Shown: one piece after another, positions 9,496-19,786 of the stretch
Layout: each line of letters starts with the position of its first letter
How positions within the stretch are numbered: the first letter of the stretch is position 1
Origin: a virus
Taxonomy: Duplodnaviria > Caudoviricetes
Virus record (IMG/VR): IMGVR_UViG_3300025875_000047
Coordinates: 1-46,337 of that record
Length of the DNA: 46,337 bases
Strand: one strand, 5' to 3'
Position numbers and translations under genes: made by a program
The notes under the pieces: model-generated
The model's input: the letters and a program-made list of their open reading frames with translations, nothing else
The model's database searches: none
What the model was told of the DNA's origin: nothing

Positions 9496-11034
9496 TCAAC
9501 CGCCGGTTGCATTGCCCACGTTTGGGACATACGGAAGCCAAGTGAACAGGATCGTATGCCCGAAGGGGCTTTCGGCCGCTGCGGTCGTCACCGGGATCAT
9601 GACGGCTTCGTCCATCGAAACATCGAGCGCACCGCCGCCGGGGCCGATAAGCGGAACGTCCATGATGATTGCGGCGTTTTTCTTCGAATAGATCGCATCG
9701 AATGTCGTGTCGGCGTTGTCTTCGATCGCTTCGAGCGACGCGACGGTGCCGAAGTATCCGGTGAAGGAACCATCAACTTCGAACATGCCCGAAGACATAT
9801 CGAACGCGCCGAGTACGCCTTGCGCCTTGTTCGCGGACGTGCCGTTTGCGATCGTCATCGTCCATTCGGTGACGCGGGCGAACATCGGCGTCGGGTTGAG
9901 CGTTTCGGGATCGATAACAGAAAGCCGCAGGCGATAGACGTTCGAAGTCGTGTTGATCGCCTCTTCGCCAAGGGCCTTCAGCAACGTCGATCCGGCCGTG
10001 AGCGACTTCGGCCCAAGTGCGCCGGGCCGCTTGCCGTAATACATCGCGATATAGGCAAGATCGACCGTCACCTTGTCGGCCATCGGCGAATTCCACGTCA
10101 GTTCGTTGGCGACGCCGCCTTCGAAGTATTCCGACTGACGCCCGTTGTCATCCCGGCCAAGGAAGCGTTCGGCCTGAAGCGTGAAGCGCTTGATAAGATC
10201 GGGATCGTCTTCGTTCTTCACCACGTCGCCGAAGAAGATGCGCAGCGTCTTCGTTTCGCCGTCATCGTCCAAGTCATCGGGAACGGCGAAAGTCGTCTTG
10301 TCGAATGCGATCGACGCGCCGTCGTCTGCGATCCCGTTGACGCTGATACGGGCATAGCCCGGCTTCATGTCTGCGAACTGATCGCCCACGGCATCGCCGC
10401 CGATGAACAGCCATTGACCGGGGATCAACGGAAGATCGTTGAAGTCAACGGCTCCCGAAGTGATGACGACAAGTGCGCCGACCTTGGCGATCGACAAGTC
10501 ACCGGCCGGGAACGCATGGCCGACAACCTTGATGTTCGCACCCTTCGGCGCAGCGGCTTCCGCCGTCAGAACGGTGACGACGCCGACCTTACCATCGGCG
10601 ATCGTATCGACCACCTTCAGACCGTTGTTCGTCGCGATCCCGAAGCCGCCTGCGAGGATAAGCGAACCCGCGAGGAAACCCGCTTCTTCGGTGACGGTAA
10701 ATTCGCCCGAAACCGCATTGATCGCGGTCGAAAAGGTCTTCGCCGTGCGACGGGCTTCGGCGAAACAGAACTCTTCGATACGCGGCAACATATTATGTTG
10801 CGTCACGTCTTCGTTCCAACCGAACTTGTCGTCGCGATCGGTGACGTTGCCCTTCTTCCGCTGACGATTAACCGAATACGGCCGACGCGCGGTCGTGGCG
10901 TATTCTGCGCCGAAGTCGCTGAAGTCGTTCGGCTCCCGCGTTTCCCATACCGGGTTTTCGGGAAGTTCACGCTTGTCGGTTTCGCGCGTCACCGCCAGCC
11001 CGACAACCCGGCCCTCTTGTTTCTCGACTGCCAT
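9496..11034 (-). CDS. Major tail (tube) protein
   Basis: 512 aa; EPNDFSDFG...RQRKKG motif seen in siphovirus tube proteins; upstream of the chaperone genes. Confidence 0.88.
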   Translation of the reverse strand: MAVEKQEGRVVGLAVTRETDKRELPENPVWETREPNDFSDFGAEYATTARRPYSVNRQRKKGNVTDRDDKFGWNEDVTQHNMLPRIEEFCFAEARRTAKTFSTAINAVSGEFTVTEEAGFLAGSLILAGGFGIATNNGLKVVDTIADGKVGVVTVLTAEAAAPKGANIKVVGHAFPAGDLSIAKVGALVVITSGAVDFNDLPLIPGQWLFIGGDAVGDQFADMKPGYARISVNGIADDGASIAFDKTTFAVPDDLDDDGETKTLRIFFGDVVKNEDDPDLIKRFTLQAERFLGRDDNGRQSEYFEGGVANELTWNSPMADKVTVDLAYIAMYYGKRPGALGPKSLTAGSTLLKALGEEAINTTSNVYRLRLSVIDPETLNPTPMFARVTEWTMTIANGTSANKAQGVLGAFDMSSGMFEVDGSFTGYFGTVASLEAIEDNADTTFDAIYSKKNAAIIMDVPLIGPGGGALDVSMDEAVMIPVTTAAAESPFGHTILFTWLPYVPNVGNATGG

Positions 11035-11043
11035 GATCGTTCC

Positions 11044-11520
11044 TTATCCTACTTCGCTGAATTCATATTCGGCGATGACGTTCCACCGAAACGCTTTCGT
11101 ATCATCTTCGAGTTCATTCACGCGAACGTTCCTGAACACGACGCCCGACGGCGTTTCAGCGCCGCGAAAGATAGACTGCGCCAGCCGCGCAAGCAAGTCA
11201 CCACGCGCGAAGCCATCAACTTTCGACATTGGCGCGAAGACTTGAACGAATAGAAGGCCGTTCGTTTCGTATTCCGTCGGCTCTTCGCCGTCGGGCTCCG
11301 GCGACATAACGAAAGCCGACTGACGCGACATAACGCCGCGCATCGAAAACCGAACCCAATAGCGCGAAGGATCGACCGGCTTCAGCGGTGTATTCGCGAT
11401 ATCGAACAGAACGCCTTGATAGCGAATTTCGACGGCTTCGCCGACAATCTCCGCAGCATCGGCCGCGAACAACACGGTAAAGCGGCGGGCGCATTCGTCG
11501 CGAACGGCAAAAGGCGTCAT
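11044..11520 (-). CDS. Tail terminator protein
   Basis: 158 aa; WVRFS...GLLFVQVFAP...WNVIAEYEF pattern; position in the operon. Confidence 0.75.
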   Translation of the reverse strand: MTPFAVRDECARRFTVLFAADAAEIVGEAVEIRYQGVLFDIANTPLKPVDPSRYWVRFSMRGVMSRQSAFVMSPEPDGEEPTEYETNGLLFVQVFAPMSKVDGFARGDLLARLAQSIFRGAETPSGVVFRNVRVNELEDDTKAFRWNVIAEYEFSEVG

Positions 11521-11900
11521 GATATCAACGATACGAAATAGAGGATGGCTTGACCGTTCGGCGCAATGCGATCGATAGACTTGATGCCCTTTTCACCATC
11601 CCAACGAATGATAACATCGGCGTCGGACGGCTCGAAGTCCAATCCGCCAGCCATCAAGCCGACTTCGGAAGACGTGGGCACGTCGGTTCCCGCAAGCGCA
11701 GCAAGAAATTCACCCGCACCCCGGCCAAGGTCTTTCGGGCTGAAGAAGGCGATCGAAACTGTCTTGTCGTCGGGTTCGGCGGGTTGCGGGTTCCACGCAT
11801 CGCCGCCTTCGGCACGCTGCGGCCGACGCCAAACAACTTGCGCACCCTTCGTCGCAATCATCCGCTTTGCCACAGCAATCTGACAATCATACACACCCAT
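11517..11900 (-). CDS. Head closure / head-tail joining protein
   Basis: 127 aa; position; C-terminal IAPNGQAILY motif. Confidence 0.7.
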   Translation of the reverse strand: MGVYDCQIAVAKRMIATKGAQVVWRRPQRAEGGDAWNPQPAEPDDKTVSIAFFSPKDLGRGAGEFLAALAGTDVPTSSEVGLMAGGLDFEPSDADVIIRWDGEKGIKSIDRIAPNGQAILYFVSLIS

Positions 11901-12397
11901 TAGACGCGAACCGTCGAAAGCGTAAATGCACCTTGCCCACGCTCTAGCGGCTCTAGCAGGATATCCGCGAGCGGGATCGAAGGCGAAGGATCGCCGCCGC
12001 CTTCGAAGTATTCCGTTTCGAGCGGGCCGGTTTTGTCGCGCTTTATCGCAGGCTCCGCATTGCCCGCCGGGAACAAGTCGATCCCGGCGGCGCGGTAAAC
12101 GACAAGCTGCGCTTGCGCACGCTTCAACAGTGTCGGCACCGCATCCGGCGCATATTCGCCTTCTTCCGTCACAACGCCGATGCGCGGGAACGAAAGCGGC
12201 TGAAGACCCGGATAACTGCGAACGCCCTGATACTTGCGCGCTTCGATCGCGTCCATCGCGTCGATAGCGAAGCCTTCAACGTCATCGTCTTCAGGCAACT
12301 CGACACGACGCGACGCGGCATAGGCGCGAATGAAGTCAAGATCGGCGTAGCTGTTCGCATTCGCCACCCCGGAACCGTCTTCGATAATCAGCGCCAC
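11900..12397 (-). CDS. Head-tail adaptor (DnaT-like family)
   Basis: GTG start at 12397 with RBS; MALIIEDGSGVANANSY, QPLSFPR and DKTGPLETEY motifs. Confidence 0.8.
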   Translation of the reverse strand: MALIIEDGSGVANANSYADLDFIRAYAASRRVELPEDDDVEGFAIDAMDAIEARKYQGVRSYPGLQPLSFPRIGVVTEEGEYAPDAVPTLLKRAQAQLVVYRAAGIDLFPAGNAEPAIKRDKTGPLETEYFEGGGDPSPSIPLADILLEPLERGQGAFTLSTVRV

Positions 12398-12408
12398 GTC
12401 GGCCCCCC

Positions 12409-12849
12409 TTATGCGTTTGGCTTCCACACCGGGCGGGAGCCGGGCGCGGAAGGCGTAGACGTCGCCGCAGCGGGCGCGGTGCCCCATGCGGTGCCCTGCG
12501 GCCCCGTGGGAGCCGGGGCGGGCGCTGACGGGCTTCGCAGCGGCACGGCGGGCTTACTGCGGCGATCGACGGGGCGTTCGCCCTGTTCTTCGACCCGCTG
12601 ACGGTCAAGCGCCCGGCGCTCGCGCTTCGTCATCGCAGGGCGCGGCTTGCCGTCGCTGTTGGCATAGTCGGGCGGAACCGCACCCGCGACACGATCGAAG
12701 GGTTCGACGGGTTCGCCCGGAACAACCTTCGAAGCGCAGCGAAGCACAACGCCCGGCTGAAACTGTTCGGTATCGGCCAATTCGTCGGCCGTTGCCTGAA
12801 GACCCGCGATGAAATAGATTGTCTTACGCGGCTGATTAACCTTGCCCAT
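12409..12849 (-). CDS. Hypothetical virion-region protein with a Pro/Ala-rich tail
   Basis: ORF directly after the capsid gene, GGAG RBS before ATG 12849. Confidence 0.65.
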   Translation of the reverse strand: MGKVNQPRKTIYFIAGLQATADELADTEQFQPGVVLRCASKVVPGEPVEPFDRVAGAVPPDYANSDGKPRPAMTKRERRALDRQRVEEQGERPVDRRSKPAVPLRSPSAPAPAPTGPQGTAWGTAPAAATSTPSAPGSRPVWKPNA

Positions 12850-12862
12850 CACGAACACTCCG

Positions 12863-12893
12863 AAAGGTAGGCGGGAGCCCGAAGGCCCCCGCC
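12863..12893 (-). terminator. UUCG hairpin after the capsid gene (weak terminator or mRNA stabiliser)
   Basis: GGCGGGGGCC-TTCG-GGCTCCCGCC followed by TACCTTT. Confidence 0.55.
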
Positions 12894-12901
12894 CGGCCGC
12901 G

Positions 12902-13861
12902 TCACTTCACCTGAAGAAGAACGCCCGCCGTATCCTTGTGCGAAGTCGAGATACGATCCCAGTTATTCGCAGTCGCGAGCGCCGCGTCGTTCGGCGACTT
13001 GCCGCCCGTCGCCTTGTCCCACGAATAGCCCTTGATGCCCATCGAATAGGACCATTCGGCCTGAATGGTCCGAATGATGTTTTCGTCGCCGTTGTCGGTA
13101 TCGACGTTCTGATCGTAATCGTCATTCATTTCGATCACGATCGCCGAAGTCGTCATTCCGGCGATGAAATGGGTATCGGGATCGGGGCCGACGTTGATAA
13201 GCGACGGGCTATCCGTCACGATGAACGGCCGGCCGAAGCCATCCTGCCGAACGTTGACCGTGCCGAAGTTGAACAAGCCCGACGTGTTCGCCAGCGCGAC
13301 GCCGAAGATATCGAAGAGCGACTTCGAGTGCATCGCCCATCCCCGGATATCGTTCGACCGATCGCCGAACTTCGCCGACGCCGAAAGAAGCGTGTTGAAC
13401 GACGTGTCGGTCGCCGAAACGTCTTCGTACACGTCGTCTTCGCCGGTCAGCGCCGCGACGTATGCCATCAGGCCGGTATTCAGCATATCGGCCATCGTGT
13501 CTTCAGCCAACTGCTGACCGAACAGCGCCCCGGCTTCCTCCGGGTTCTGCTGTATCCACCGGAACTGACCGGGATCGATCCGAACCGGGGGCGTGCCCGC
13601 CGCGATCTTGACCATCGTGTCAACGATGTTCTCGAAGTTCTTTTCGGCGACGGCACCGGAGCCGTAGGCATTACGCCGACGAACGAGCCCCTGAATGCGA
13701 GCCCAATTCACCGTATCGGAGAAATCGCCGACGTGCGCCGCCGTGCGAAGCACGATCGCGCCGCCCGAAGCCGCGTTGAAGAGTTCGATTTGCTGCCCGA
13801 TGACTTCGAGCAAGCCTTGATAGGCGTATTCGGAATACACCGCGAGGTCGGAAAGTGCCAC
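12902..13861 (-). CDS. Major capsid protein
   Basis: 319 aa; QQIELFNAASGGAIVL and KGYSWDKATGGKSP...KDTAGV motifs; follows the scaffold gene. Confidence 0.92.
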   Translation of the reverse strand: MALSDLAVYSEYAYQGLLEVIGQQIELFNAASGGAIVLRTAAHVGDFSDTVNWARIQGLVRRRNAYGSGAVAEKNFENIVDTMVKIAAGTPPVRIDPGQFRWIQQNPEEAGALFGQQLAEDTMADMLNTGLMAYVAALTGEDDVYEDVSATDTSFNTLLSASAKFGDRSNDIRGWAMHSKSLFDIFGVALANTSGLFNFGTVNVRQDGFGRPFIVTDSPSLINVGPDPDTHFIAGMTTSAIVIEMNDDYDQNVDTDNGDENIIRTIQAEWSYSMGIKGYSWDKATGGKSPNDAALATANNWDRISTSHKDTAGVLLQVK

Positions 13862-13912
13862 GTTATTGTTCCCTTGCTTCGCGGTGTCTTCCGATCGGAA
13901 GGACGAACCGCG

Positions 13913-14590
13913 CTATGACTGCGCTTGCGCCGCCTGCCTTGCCTTAATCCGCTCGACAAGGGTTGTCGGCGCGGCCTTGGAAAGATCGACAGCTTGTTCG
14001 CCATCCTTCGGGGCACCGCCGCCAAGGGGCTTGATCGGGGTCTTCGGGGCACCGCCGCCGGAAGCCTTCGATGCGATGATTATATTCTTATAATCGGCGT
14101 TGGCAACTACCTCCGCCTGTAATTTTTCGATCGTCATATCGTCGGACGGCTTGCCGTCTGCGCCCTTGATCTTGACGACGGGCTTATCGCCCGAAAGATC
14201 GACAACGAAGCGGTCGCGAAGGTCTTTCGCGAGCAACTTCGGCGAAGTGCTGATCTTCGTCGCGAGTTCCATCGCGGTGCCGTCGATCAGCGTTGCTTCG
14301 GTGAACGACTTGTATTTGCCGACTTCCTTTTCGTGTGTCACCTTCAGCGCCGCCACGTCTTCGAAACCGTCAACCGTCGCCTGAAGCGCGTCCTTCTCGC
14401 CCTTCAGCGTCTTCGACTTGTTCTTCTCCGCTTCGAGCGCCCGCTTCAGCGGCCCGGTATCTTCCGGCTTCGGAAGATCGGAAACGTCAAGAATGAACTC
14501 GCCGTCGGCGTCGCCTGCGATATATTCGGTCTTCAGCGTATCCGACAACTTGTCATAATCGGCTTGCTTGATCTTGAACTTCAGTGCCAT
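13913..14590 (-). CDS. Capsid scaffolding protein
   Basis: 225 aa, coiled-coil, ASKASGGGA motif; immediately before the capsid gene. Confidence 0.8.
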   Translation of the reverse strand: MALKFKIKQADYDKLSDTLKTEYIAGDADGEFILDVSDLPKPEDTGPLKRALEAEKNKSKTLKGEKDALQATVDGFEDVAALKVTHEKEVGKYKSFTEATLIDGTAMELATKISTSPKLLAKDLRDRFVVDLSGDKPVVKIKGADGKPSDDMTIEKLQAEVVANADYKNIIIASKASGGGAPKTPIKPLGGGAPKDGEQAVDLSKAAPTTLVERIKARQAAQAQS

Positions 14591-14601
14591 AGTCTTGCCT
14601 C

Positions 14602-15627
14602 CTATTCAGAAAGAATGATGCCCGCCTTTTCTAAGAACTGTTCAAGGCTGATCGGCTTCGATCCTTCATATGTCGAAGGGGCCGAACCGTCAAACGCATC
14701 ATTGACGAAATCCGCAGATTGCCGACGTGCCCACACTCCGAAGCCTTCGTCGGGCGACGATTTGCCCTCCCAAGGCTTGATGCTTGACCGGCAACCGACG
14801 TGGGCAGGCGGAAGCGGGCCTTTGCCGTAACGCCAGTGCTGACCGTCTAGTCTGCGGCAAATCTTCGTCGTGCGATCATCTAGGATTGAAACCCATTCGT
14901 ATTCGCCGAAGATCAGCCCGGCGACGGCGGAATTTGCCTGAACGCTTGCCGCCTGAATGATTGTGTTCGTCGTCGCCTTCGCGGCATTGTTGAACTTGTT
15001 CAACAGGCCGTCTTGAAGCGTCGCGCCGGGCGGCGGTGGCTTCGAGCCCTGCGGCGTTGCTCCGGCCGTCGCACCGCCCGGCCGTGCCGTTGGCGTGCCA
15101 CGCATCGCTTGTACCGTCTGCGCTGGCGTCCAACCCAACGCATAGCCTTGACGGATCGTATTCGTCGCTTGTGTGACGTGCCCGGCGATCATCGTTGTCA
15201 GCATCGTTAGCGGGAGAATACCGTTCGCCCCTAGCGGGGCATTCTTCCACCGGGCGAAGATCGGAAGCCAAAAGCCATCATCCTTCGTTTGTTCTTCGAG
15301 TTCGTCAGCGTCTTCAGGCTGATATGCCGAATACAACTTCGTAAACATATCGATATCGGCGCGCATGTAGTCTTCAAGCCATTCGAGCAACTTGCGAAGC
15401 CAAGGATCATAAATCCCGATCATCGCCTTTTTGAACTTGGCGACAAGCTTATCGACTGATGCCTTAGTCATATCCGAAAGCGCCGCGTACGGAAGATCGG
15501 CTAGTTGATTGCGAATAAGTTCGTCAAGGGCGATATACACCTTCGCGAAGTTCGCCGTCTGACCCGCCTTCAAACCTTCGAGATAGATTTGATGACGGTT
15601 GACGATATCGTATAGCCCAAGTTCCAT
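14602..15627 (-). CDS. Head morphogenesis protein (SPP1 gp7/Mu gpF-like)
   Basis: WVSILDDRTTKICRRLDG...PPAHVGCRS motif. Confidence 0.9.
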   Translation of the reverse strand: MELGLYDIVNRHQIYLEGLKAGQTANFAKVYIALDELIRNQLADLPYAALSDMTKASVDKLVAKFKKAMIGIYDPWLRKLLEWLEDYMRADIDMFTKLYSAYQPEDADELEEQTKDDGFWLPIFARWKNAPLGANGILPLTMLTTMIAGHVTQATNTIRQGYALGWTPAQTVQAMRGTPTARPGGATAGATPQGSKPPPPGATLQDGLLNKFNNAAKATTNTIIQAASVQANSAVAGLIFGEYEWVSILDDRTTKICRRLDGQHWRYGKGPLPPAHVGCRSSIKPWEGKSSPDEGFGVWARRQSADFVNDAFDGSAPSTYEGSKPISLEQFLEKAGIILSE

Positions 15628-17126
15628 TATTCAGCGGCCGGGGCAGGCTTCGGCGGCGTTGTCGCTTCGGTAAGCCGCCCTTCCTTGTCGATTTCGAGTT
15701 CAGTCATATCAGCGCGAGCCGCTTCGATATCGCTCTTCGCCTTTGCATCGGGAACCGTTGCCAGCCCGCCCCGGCGCAGCGCATCGCGCATTTCTTCGAA
15801 GGTCAGCGCTTCGGCCTTCCACGCAGCGACGATCGCGTTTTGCTCTTCGGGCGTCAGATTGACTAGATCGAATTCGGTGTTCATATCATAGTCGATCCCG
15901 GTTTCGGGAGCGCCGACGAACACGGCGCACCATTCGAGCGCCCATTTGAACCCGGATGCGACGTTCTGCGCTACCTTCGACAGAACCGAAGTCTCCGACA
16001 CGTTGTCGATATCGCTTTCGGTTGCGGTGCGCTGAACTTGATCGGGACGGCGAAACTTCGCCCCGATCGCTATCATTTGATCTTCCTTCTTATCCATCGC
16101 TTCTTTGGCGATTGTATTCGGCTGCGCCTGAAGAAGTTCGATCGATGCGCCGACGGGAAGCGGAATGCCGCCGCGAGCGCCCATCGCGAGCCGCCCCTTC
16201 AGCACCTTCGTAACCCATTCTTCGGTAAGCCCCGCCGCCGCAAGCGTGGGCTGTCCGACGATGAACACGCTTTCTTCATAGTCAGCGGAGTTCATATAAT
16301 GGTGAATGTTAATCGAACAAAGCTGATACATCGGCGGCGGATTCGGCGTCGCTTCGTTGTTGATCGATCCGACGAACGTAAACGGAATTTCGGTCAGCCG
16401 CTTTCCGCTCGCATCACGCGGTTCGTATCGTTCGGCGGGCTGCGGCCCTGAACGCGCGTGATAGATTTCGATGACGTATTCGTCGTTTTCGTCAAGGCGC
16501 AGAACGCGCCATTGATCCTTTGTCTTCGTCTCGAAGCCGTCGTCGTCAATGATGCGATCTTCGCGAAAGACGACAAGCGACAAGATGACTTTCGCCCCGC
16601 GCGCTTTGACCCGATAGTTCAGGCAATCCCACGGTTCGATGACGCGGATCGTCGGTCGCACGTCACCCGCTTCGATATCTGCGATCGTTGCGGGCTGTTC
16701 TTCGTCGGTTCCGTCAGCGGCAACGATGTTCGTCACCGGATAATCGACGTATAGCCCTAGCCGCCCGTATGCGAGCCCATGCGACGCCGCCGCCATCGCC
16801 TGTTGCTTCAGCGGCACCCCGGAGCCGGTCGCGTCGTCAACGACGGCCTTCAGGATCGCAGGAACCTTCGCCGTCGGCTCGCGCATGAAGATTTGACCGA
16901 CGAAGCCGGAAAGCGTCTGTTCGGCCATGCCGAAGAACATCGCTCGCGCAAGATAGGTATCGTATCGAGATACGTTTTCCTTCGACGTGTCTTCGGCCGA
17001 AGGCATCGGAAGATAGCGCGTCTTCCTGAACTTCACTTGATGTTCGCCCGCGAGGCAATCGCGAATTAGTTCATACTGCGGCAACCGACGCCGAACTTCA
17101 TCGCGAACAAATCCGACGTTAGGCAT
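15627..17126 (-). CDS. Portal protein (DUF4055-like)
   Basis: 499 aa after terL; YLPMP...YLARA and NIHHYMNSADYEE motifs. Confidence 0.88.
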   Translation of the reverse strand: MPNVGFVRDEVRRRLPQYELIRDCLAGEHQVKFRKTRYLPMPSAEDTSKENVSRYDTYLARAMFFGMAEQTLSGFVGQIFMREPTAKVPAILKAVVDDATGSGVPLKQQAMAAASHGLAYGRLGLYVDYPVTNIVAADGTDEEQPATIADIEAGDVRPTIRVIEPWDCLNYRVKARGAKVILSLVVFREDRIIDDDGFETKTKDQWRVLRLDENDEYVIEIYHARSGPQPAERYEPRDASGKRLTEIPFTFVGSINNEATPNPPPMYQLCSINIHHYMNSADYEESVFIVGQPTLAAAGLTEEWVTKVLKGRLAMGARGGIPLPVGASIELLQAQPNTIAKEAMDKKEDQMIAIGAKFRRPDQVQRTATESDIDNVSETSVLSKVAQNVASGFKWALEWCAVFVGAPETGIDYDMNTEFDLVNLTPEEQNAIVAAWKAEALTFEEMRDALRRGGLATVPDAKAKSDIEAARADMTELEIDKEGRLTEATTPPKPAPAAE

Positions 17127-17136
17127 TGGCGGCTTC

Positions 17137-18684
17137 CTATCTGGCGAACGACACGTTCAGGCTAGTAACGACGCGGTTAGCGCCCTTCAATACACGATAC
17201 CGCACCATATCGTAAGGGTGATCGACCGCATCCGTATCAACGTCGTCGGGATCATCTTCATCACGCGGGAGCGGCGGCAATGTTGCAATCGACGCTAGAC
17301 AGTTCTCCATGAAATACAAGCCGGGTTGCTCCGGTTCATCATATGGAGCCCGAAGACGATCGCGAATAAGTTCAAGACCGTTCTTCCGCGAACCCGGCGC
17401 TTTGTCGCTTTCGGTCCAACGAACTCCCGCATTCTTGAACTTCGTTTCGATCGTATCGCTTTCGCTATCCGTCACGTTGCGAATTTGATTATCCGCAGGC
17501 CCCGGCCAGGGCTGATCGATAACCCAACCTTCTTCCATAAGTCGGATTTCATATGCGATGATCTTTTCAGATATCGCAGTCGGCCCTAGGCGCAGCCCAA
17601 CGTTCTTCGTAAAGCTTTCGGCGAAGTAGAGTTCACCGATTTGTACAAGTGTTCCGGCTGGCGGGCAAAACGAACGAAGAGTTCCGTCAGCTAGTGCGAC
17701 GATCGCTTCTTCACCGTTGGCTTCGGCAAACCATCCGATCGAACAGGGATGCGAAGAGCCCCAATCCATCGCGCGATCAACACGCCACGTCGGCGGGATC
17801 GCAAAGCGCGGGATAACATGAATAGCCTTGCGCCAAACATCGTCTAGCGCGCCGCCTGCGGTGATTTCCCAATCGCCTTCGAGCCAAGCCTTGCGTTTGT
17901 TCGGATCGCTGATCTTTTCGAGTTCAGCAACGTATTCAGGCGATAGATAAATGTTCTCTTTATACGAACCGAAGATCGCAACTTGCGTCTTCGTAATATC
18001 AACATCGCGCTTCAGCGCCGGGTGAAAGACGCGCGTTGTCACTTCCAACACGTCGCCAGCCGGAGCCGCGTCAATGAAGCGTTCCTTCACCCAATTATGC
18101 CCGGCCCCGTAAGGGTTCGTCGTGCTGAAGACTTCGAGCGGAATAGGCCCTAGCAGATATTCACCGTCTTCGCCGACTTCGCTGTCTTTCTCTTGCGTCC
18201 ATGATGAACGGTTACAAGACATCATGGCATCGTAAGGATCGCTCTTCGGATATTTACAAAGTTCGTTCCAGCCGATGAAAGGAAACTCTTGCCCATGATA
18301 GTTCCAATAATCATCGGGCTTTTCGAATGCGCGAAATAGCAGTTCTTCGCCCGTCGGCCAAACCCATTTATATGCGCTGGCACTTTCGAGGAACTTCGCC
18401 CCGTCATCGAAGCGCGGAAACCATCGCTTCGACTTCAGGATCAAGTCGTCAAGGTTCTTATATTTGCGATCGAAGATGACGCCGCGCCAATAGGAACCGT
18501 ACCCGATCCCCACGTTCCGCCGGAAGCGCATCAATTGCGTGTCGGTCTTGCCCGGCCCGCGTGCGCCATGATAGAGGATATGCGAACAGTCGGCCCCTAG
18601 GGCTAGTTCCTGCGAACTATCCGGTATGTATTCCCATACGTCTTCGAAGACGACTTCGGGTTCAGCTATTGCTTGAGCGGGCAT
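17137..18684 (-). CDS. terL: Terminase large subunit
   Basis: Walker A GARGPGKT, Walker B region IGWNEL, TTNPYG, nuclease motifs DWGS and DHPYDMVRY. Confidence 0.95.
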   Translation of the reverse strand: MPAQAIAEPEVVFEDVWEYIPDSSQELALGADCSHILYHGARGPGKTDTQLMRFRRNVGIGYGSYWRGVIFDRKYKNLDDLILKSKRWFPRFDDGAKFLESASAYKWVWPTGEELLFRAFEKPDDYWNYHGQEFPFIGWNELCKYPKSDPYDAMMSCNRSSWTQEKDSEVGEDGEYLLGPIPLEVFSTTNPYGAGHNWVKERFIDAAPAGDVLEVTTRVFHPALKRDVDITKTQVAIFGSYKENIYLSPEYVAELEKISDPNKRKAWLEGDWEITAGGALDDVWRKAIHVIPRFAIPPTWRVDRAMDWGSSHPCSIGWFAEANGEEAIVALADGTLRSFCPPAGTLVQIGELYFAESFTKNVGLRLGPTAISEKIIAYEIRLMEEGWVIDQPWPGPADNQIRNVTDSESDTIETKFKNAGVRWTESDKAPGSRKNGLELIRDRLRAPYDEPEQPGLYFMENCLASIATLPPLPRDEDDPDDVDTDAVDHPYDMVRYRVLKGANRVVTSLNVSFAR

Positions 18685-19162
18685 TCGCGATCAGCTTCGT
18701 TTGCTGTTCTTTCAACCGCGAGCGGAAGGCGTCACTCGACCCGTATGCGGGAACACGAAGAACCTTGATCGTCTGCGAACGGTTATCGACGTTGACGTTG
18801 ACGCCAGCCTTCGGCATATAGCCCATGACTTCGGCGTGAAGCTTAAACGCGGCAACCTTATCCTTCGGATCGCCTGCGGCGCGGCCGGTGTCTAAGACTT
18901 CCTTCGCGAACTGTTCTTTCGTGGGCAACAGCACGTCAGCTTCGCCCGCATCCTGAAGCCTTTCGAGTTCAGCGCGAACGATCGGATCATGTTGCCATAC
19001 TTGCGCCTGAAGTGCCCGGCCGTAGTTCTCCGGGCCGGGAAACACGTCATAGCCGATCTGCCCGGCCCGTTCGGGATGCGCCGCTAAAAGGCGAGCATAG
19101 CGAAGCTTCAGTTCGCGTTCGTCTTCACCTTCGAAGATCGGGGGCGGCGCGTTCCATGACAT
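18662..19162 (-). CDS. terS: Putative terminase small subunit
   Basis: 166 aa helical protein overlapping the terL start. Confidence 0.65.
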   Translation of the reverse strand: MSWNAPPPIFEGEDERELKLRYARLLAAHPERAGQIGYDVFPGPENYGRALQAQVWQHDPIVRAELERLQDAGEADVLLPTKEQFAKEVLDTGRAAGDPKDKVAAFKLHAEVMGYMPKAGVNVNVDNRSQTIKVLRVPAYGSSDAFRSRLKEQQTKLIANARSSNS

Positions 19163-19168
19163 ACGCGC

Positions 19169-19197
19169 AACCTATGCGATCCCGCCTACTTCGGCAA
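19169..19197 (-). promoter_or_regulatory. Sigma70-like promoter giving a probably leaderless terS mRNA
   Basis: TTGCCG-N17-TAGGTT, then 6 nt, then ATG. Confidence 0.5.
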
Positions 19198-19479
19198 GGC
19201 GTTTGCGGCGGCTTCGGAGCGCTTCAGGGCGTCGCCACGCCATTGACGAACGCCGTCGATCCGATCGGCGCAGTCGTCGCGCTGGCGGCGCGTGCGGGTC
19301 AGTTCGTCGGCCATTTCGCCGTTCGTGGCGATCGGCTGTTCGGATCGATCGCAGGGCACCACAAGCGCCGCGTCGGGTACGTCAGCCGGAGCCGGGATGA
19401 ATTCAACGGGATGCGTTGACCGCGCTCCGCACGCCGTCAGGGATAGGGCTATCAGCCCAAGCGCGAACAGTCGGGTCAT
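19186..19479 (-). CDS. rz1: o-spanin (Rz1-like lipoprotein)
   Basis: Lipobox LSLTAC, Pro-rich, overlaps the i-spanin 3' end. Confidence 0.85.
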   Translation of the reverse strand: MTRLFALGLIALSLTACGARSTHPVEFIPAPADVPDAALVVPCDRSEQPIATNGEMADELTRTRRQRDDCADRIDGVRQWRGDALKRSEAAANALPK

Positions 19480-19771
19480 TCTTCACCGCCTCTTTGATGA
19501 TCGTTTGTGTCTGAACTTCGCGGGTCGCATTGCCGCTTACCTTCGCCGCGACTGCGGTTGCGATAGCGTCGTTGTCGATCCGTTGTTGCGAAAAGCCTTC
19601 GATGACTTTCGCGTTCGCTTCGTTCGCCTTCGCGAGTTGCGCAGCTTCGGCGCTCTTCGCGTCAAGCTTGGCGTGAACGTCGGTTAACGAATTCCTTTGC
19701 CAAAGGAAGACGCCGATCAACAATGCGATGGCGACGAACGGCGCGAACTTGCGAATGATTGCCCATGACAT
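19403..19771 (-). CDS. rz: i-spanin (Rz-like)
   Basis: N-terminal TM helix plus coiled coil; C-terminal WADSPIPDGV. Confidence 0.85.
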   Translation of the reverse strand: MSWAIIRKFAPFVAIALLIGVFLWQRNSLTDVHAKLDAKSAEAAQLAKANEANAKVIEGFSQQRIDNDAIATAVAAKVSGNATREVQTQTIIKEAVKNDPTVRAWADSPIPDGVRSAVNASR

Positions 19772-19786
19772 ATGCCCACACTCCGG

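Noticed and set aside
9556-11253. 565-aa plus-strand ORF (also 12842-13918, 21082-22161 and 7369-8250)
   Set aside because: Antisense shadows of GC-rich genes with strong codon bias; Arg-rich, no motifs
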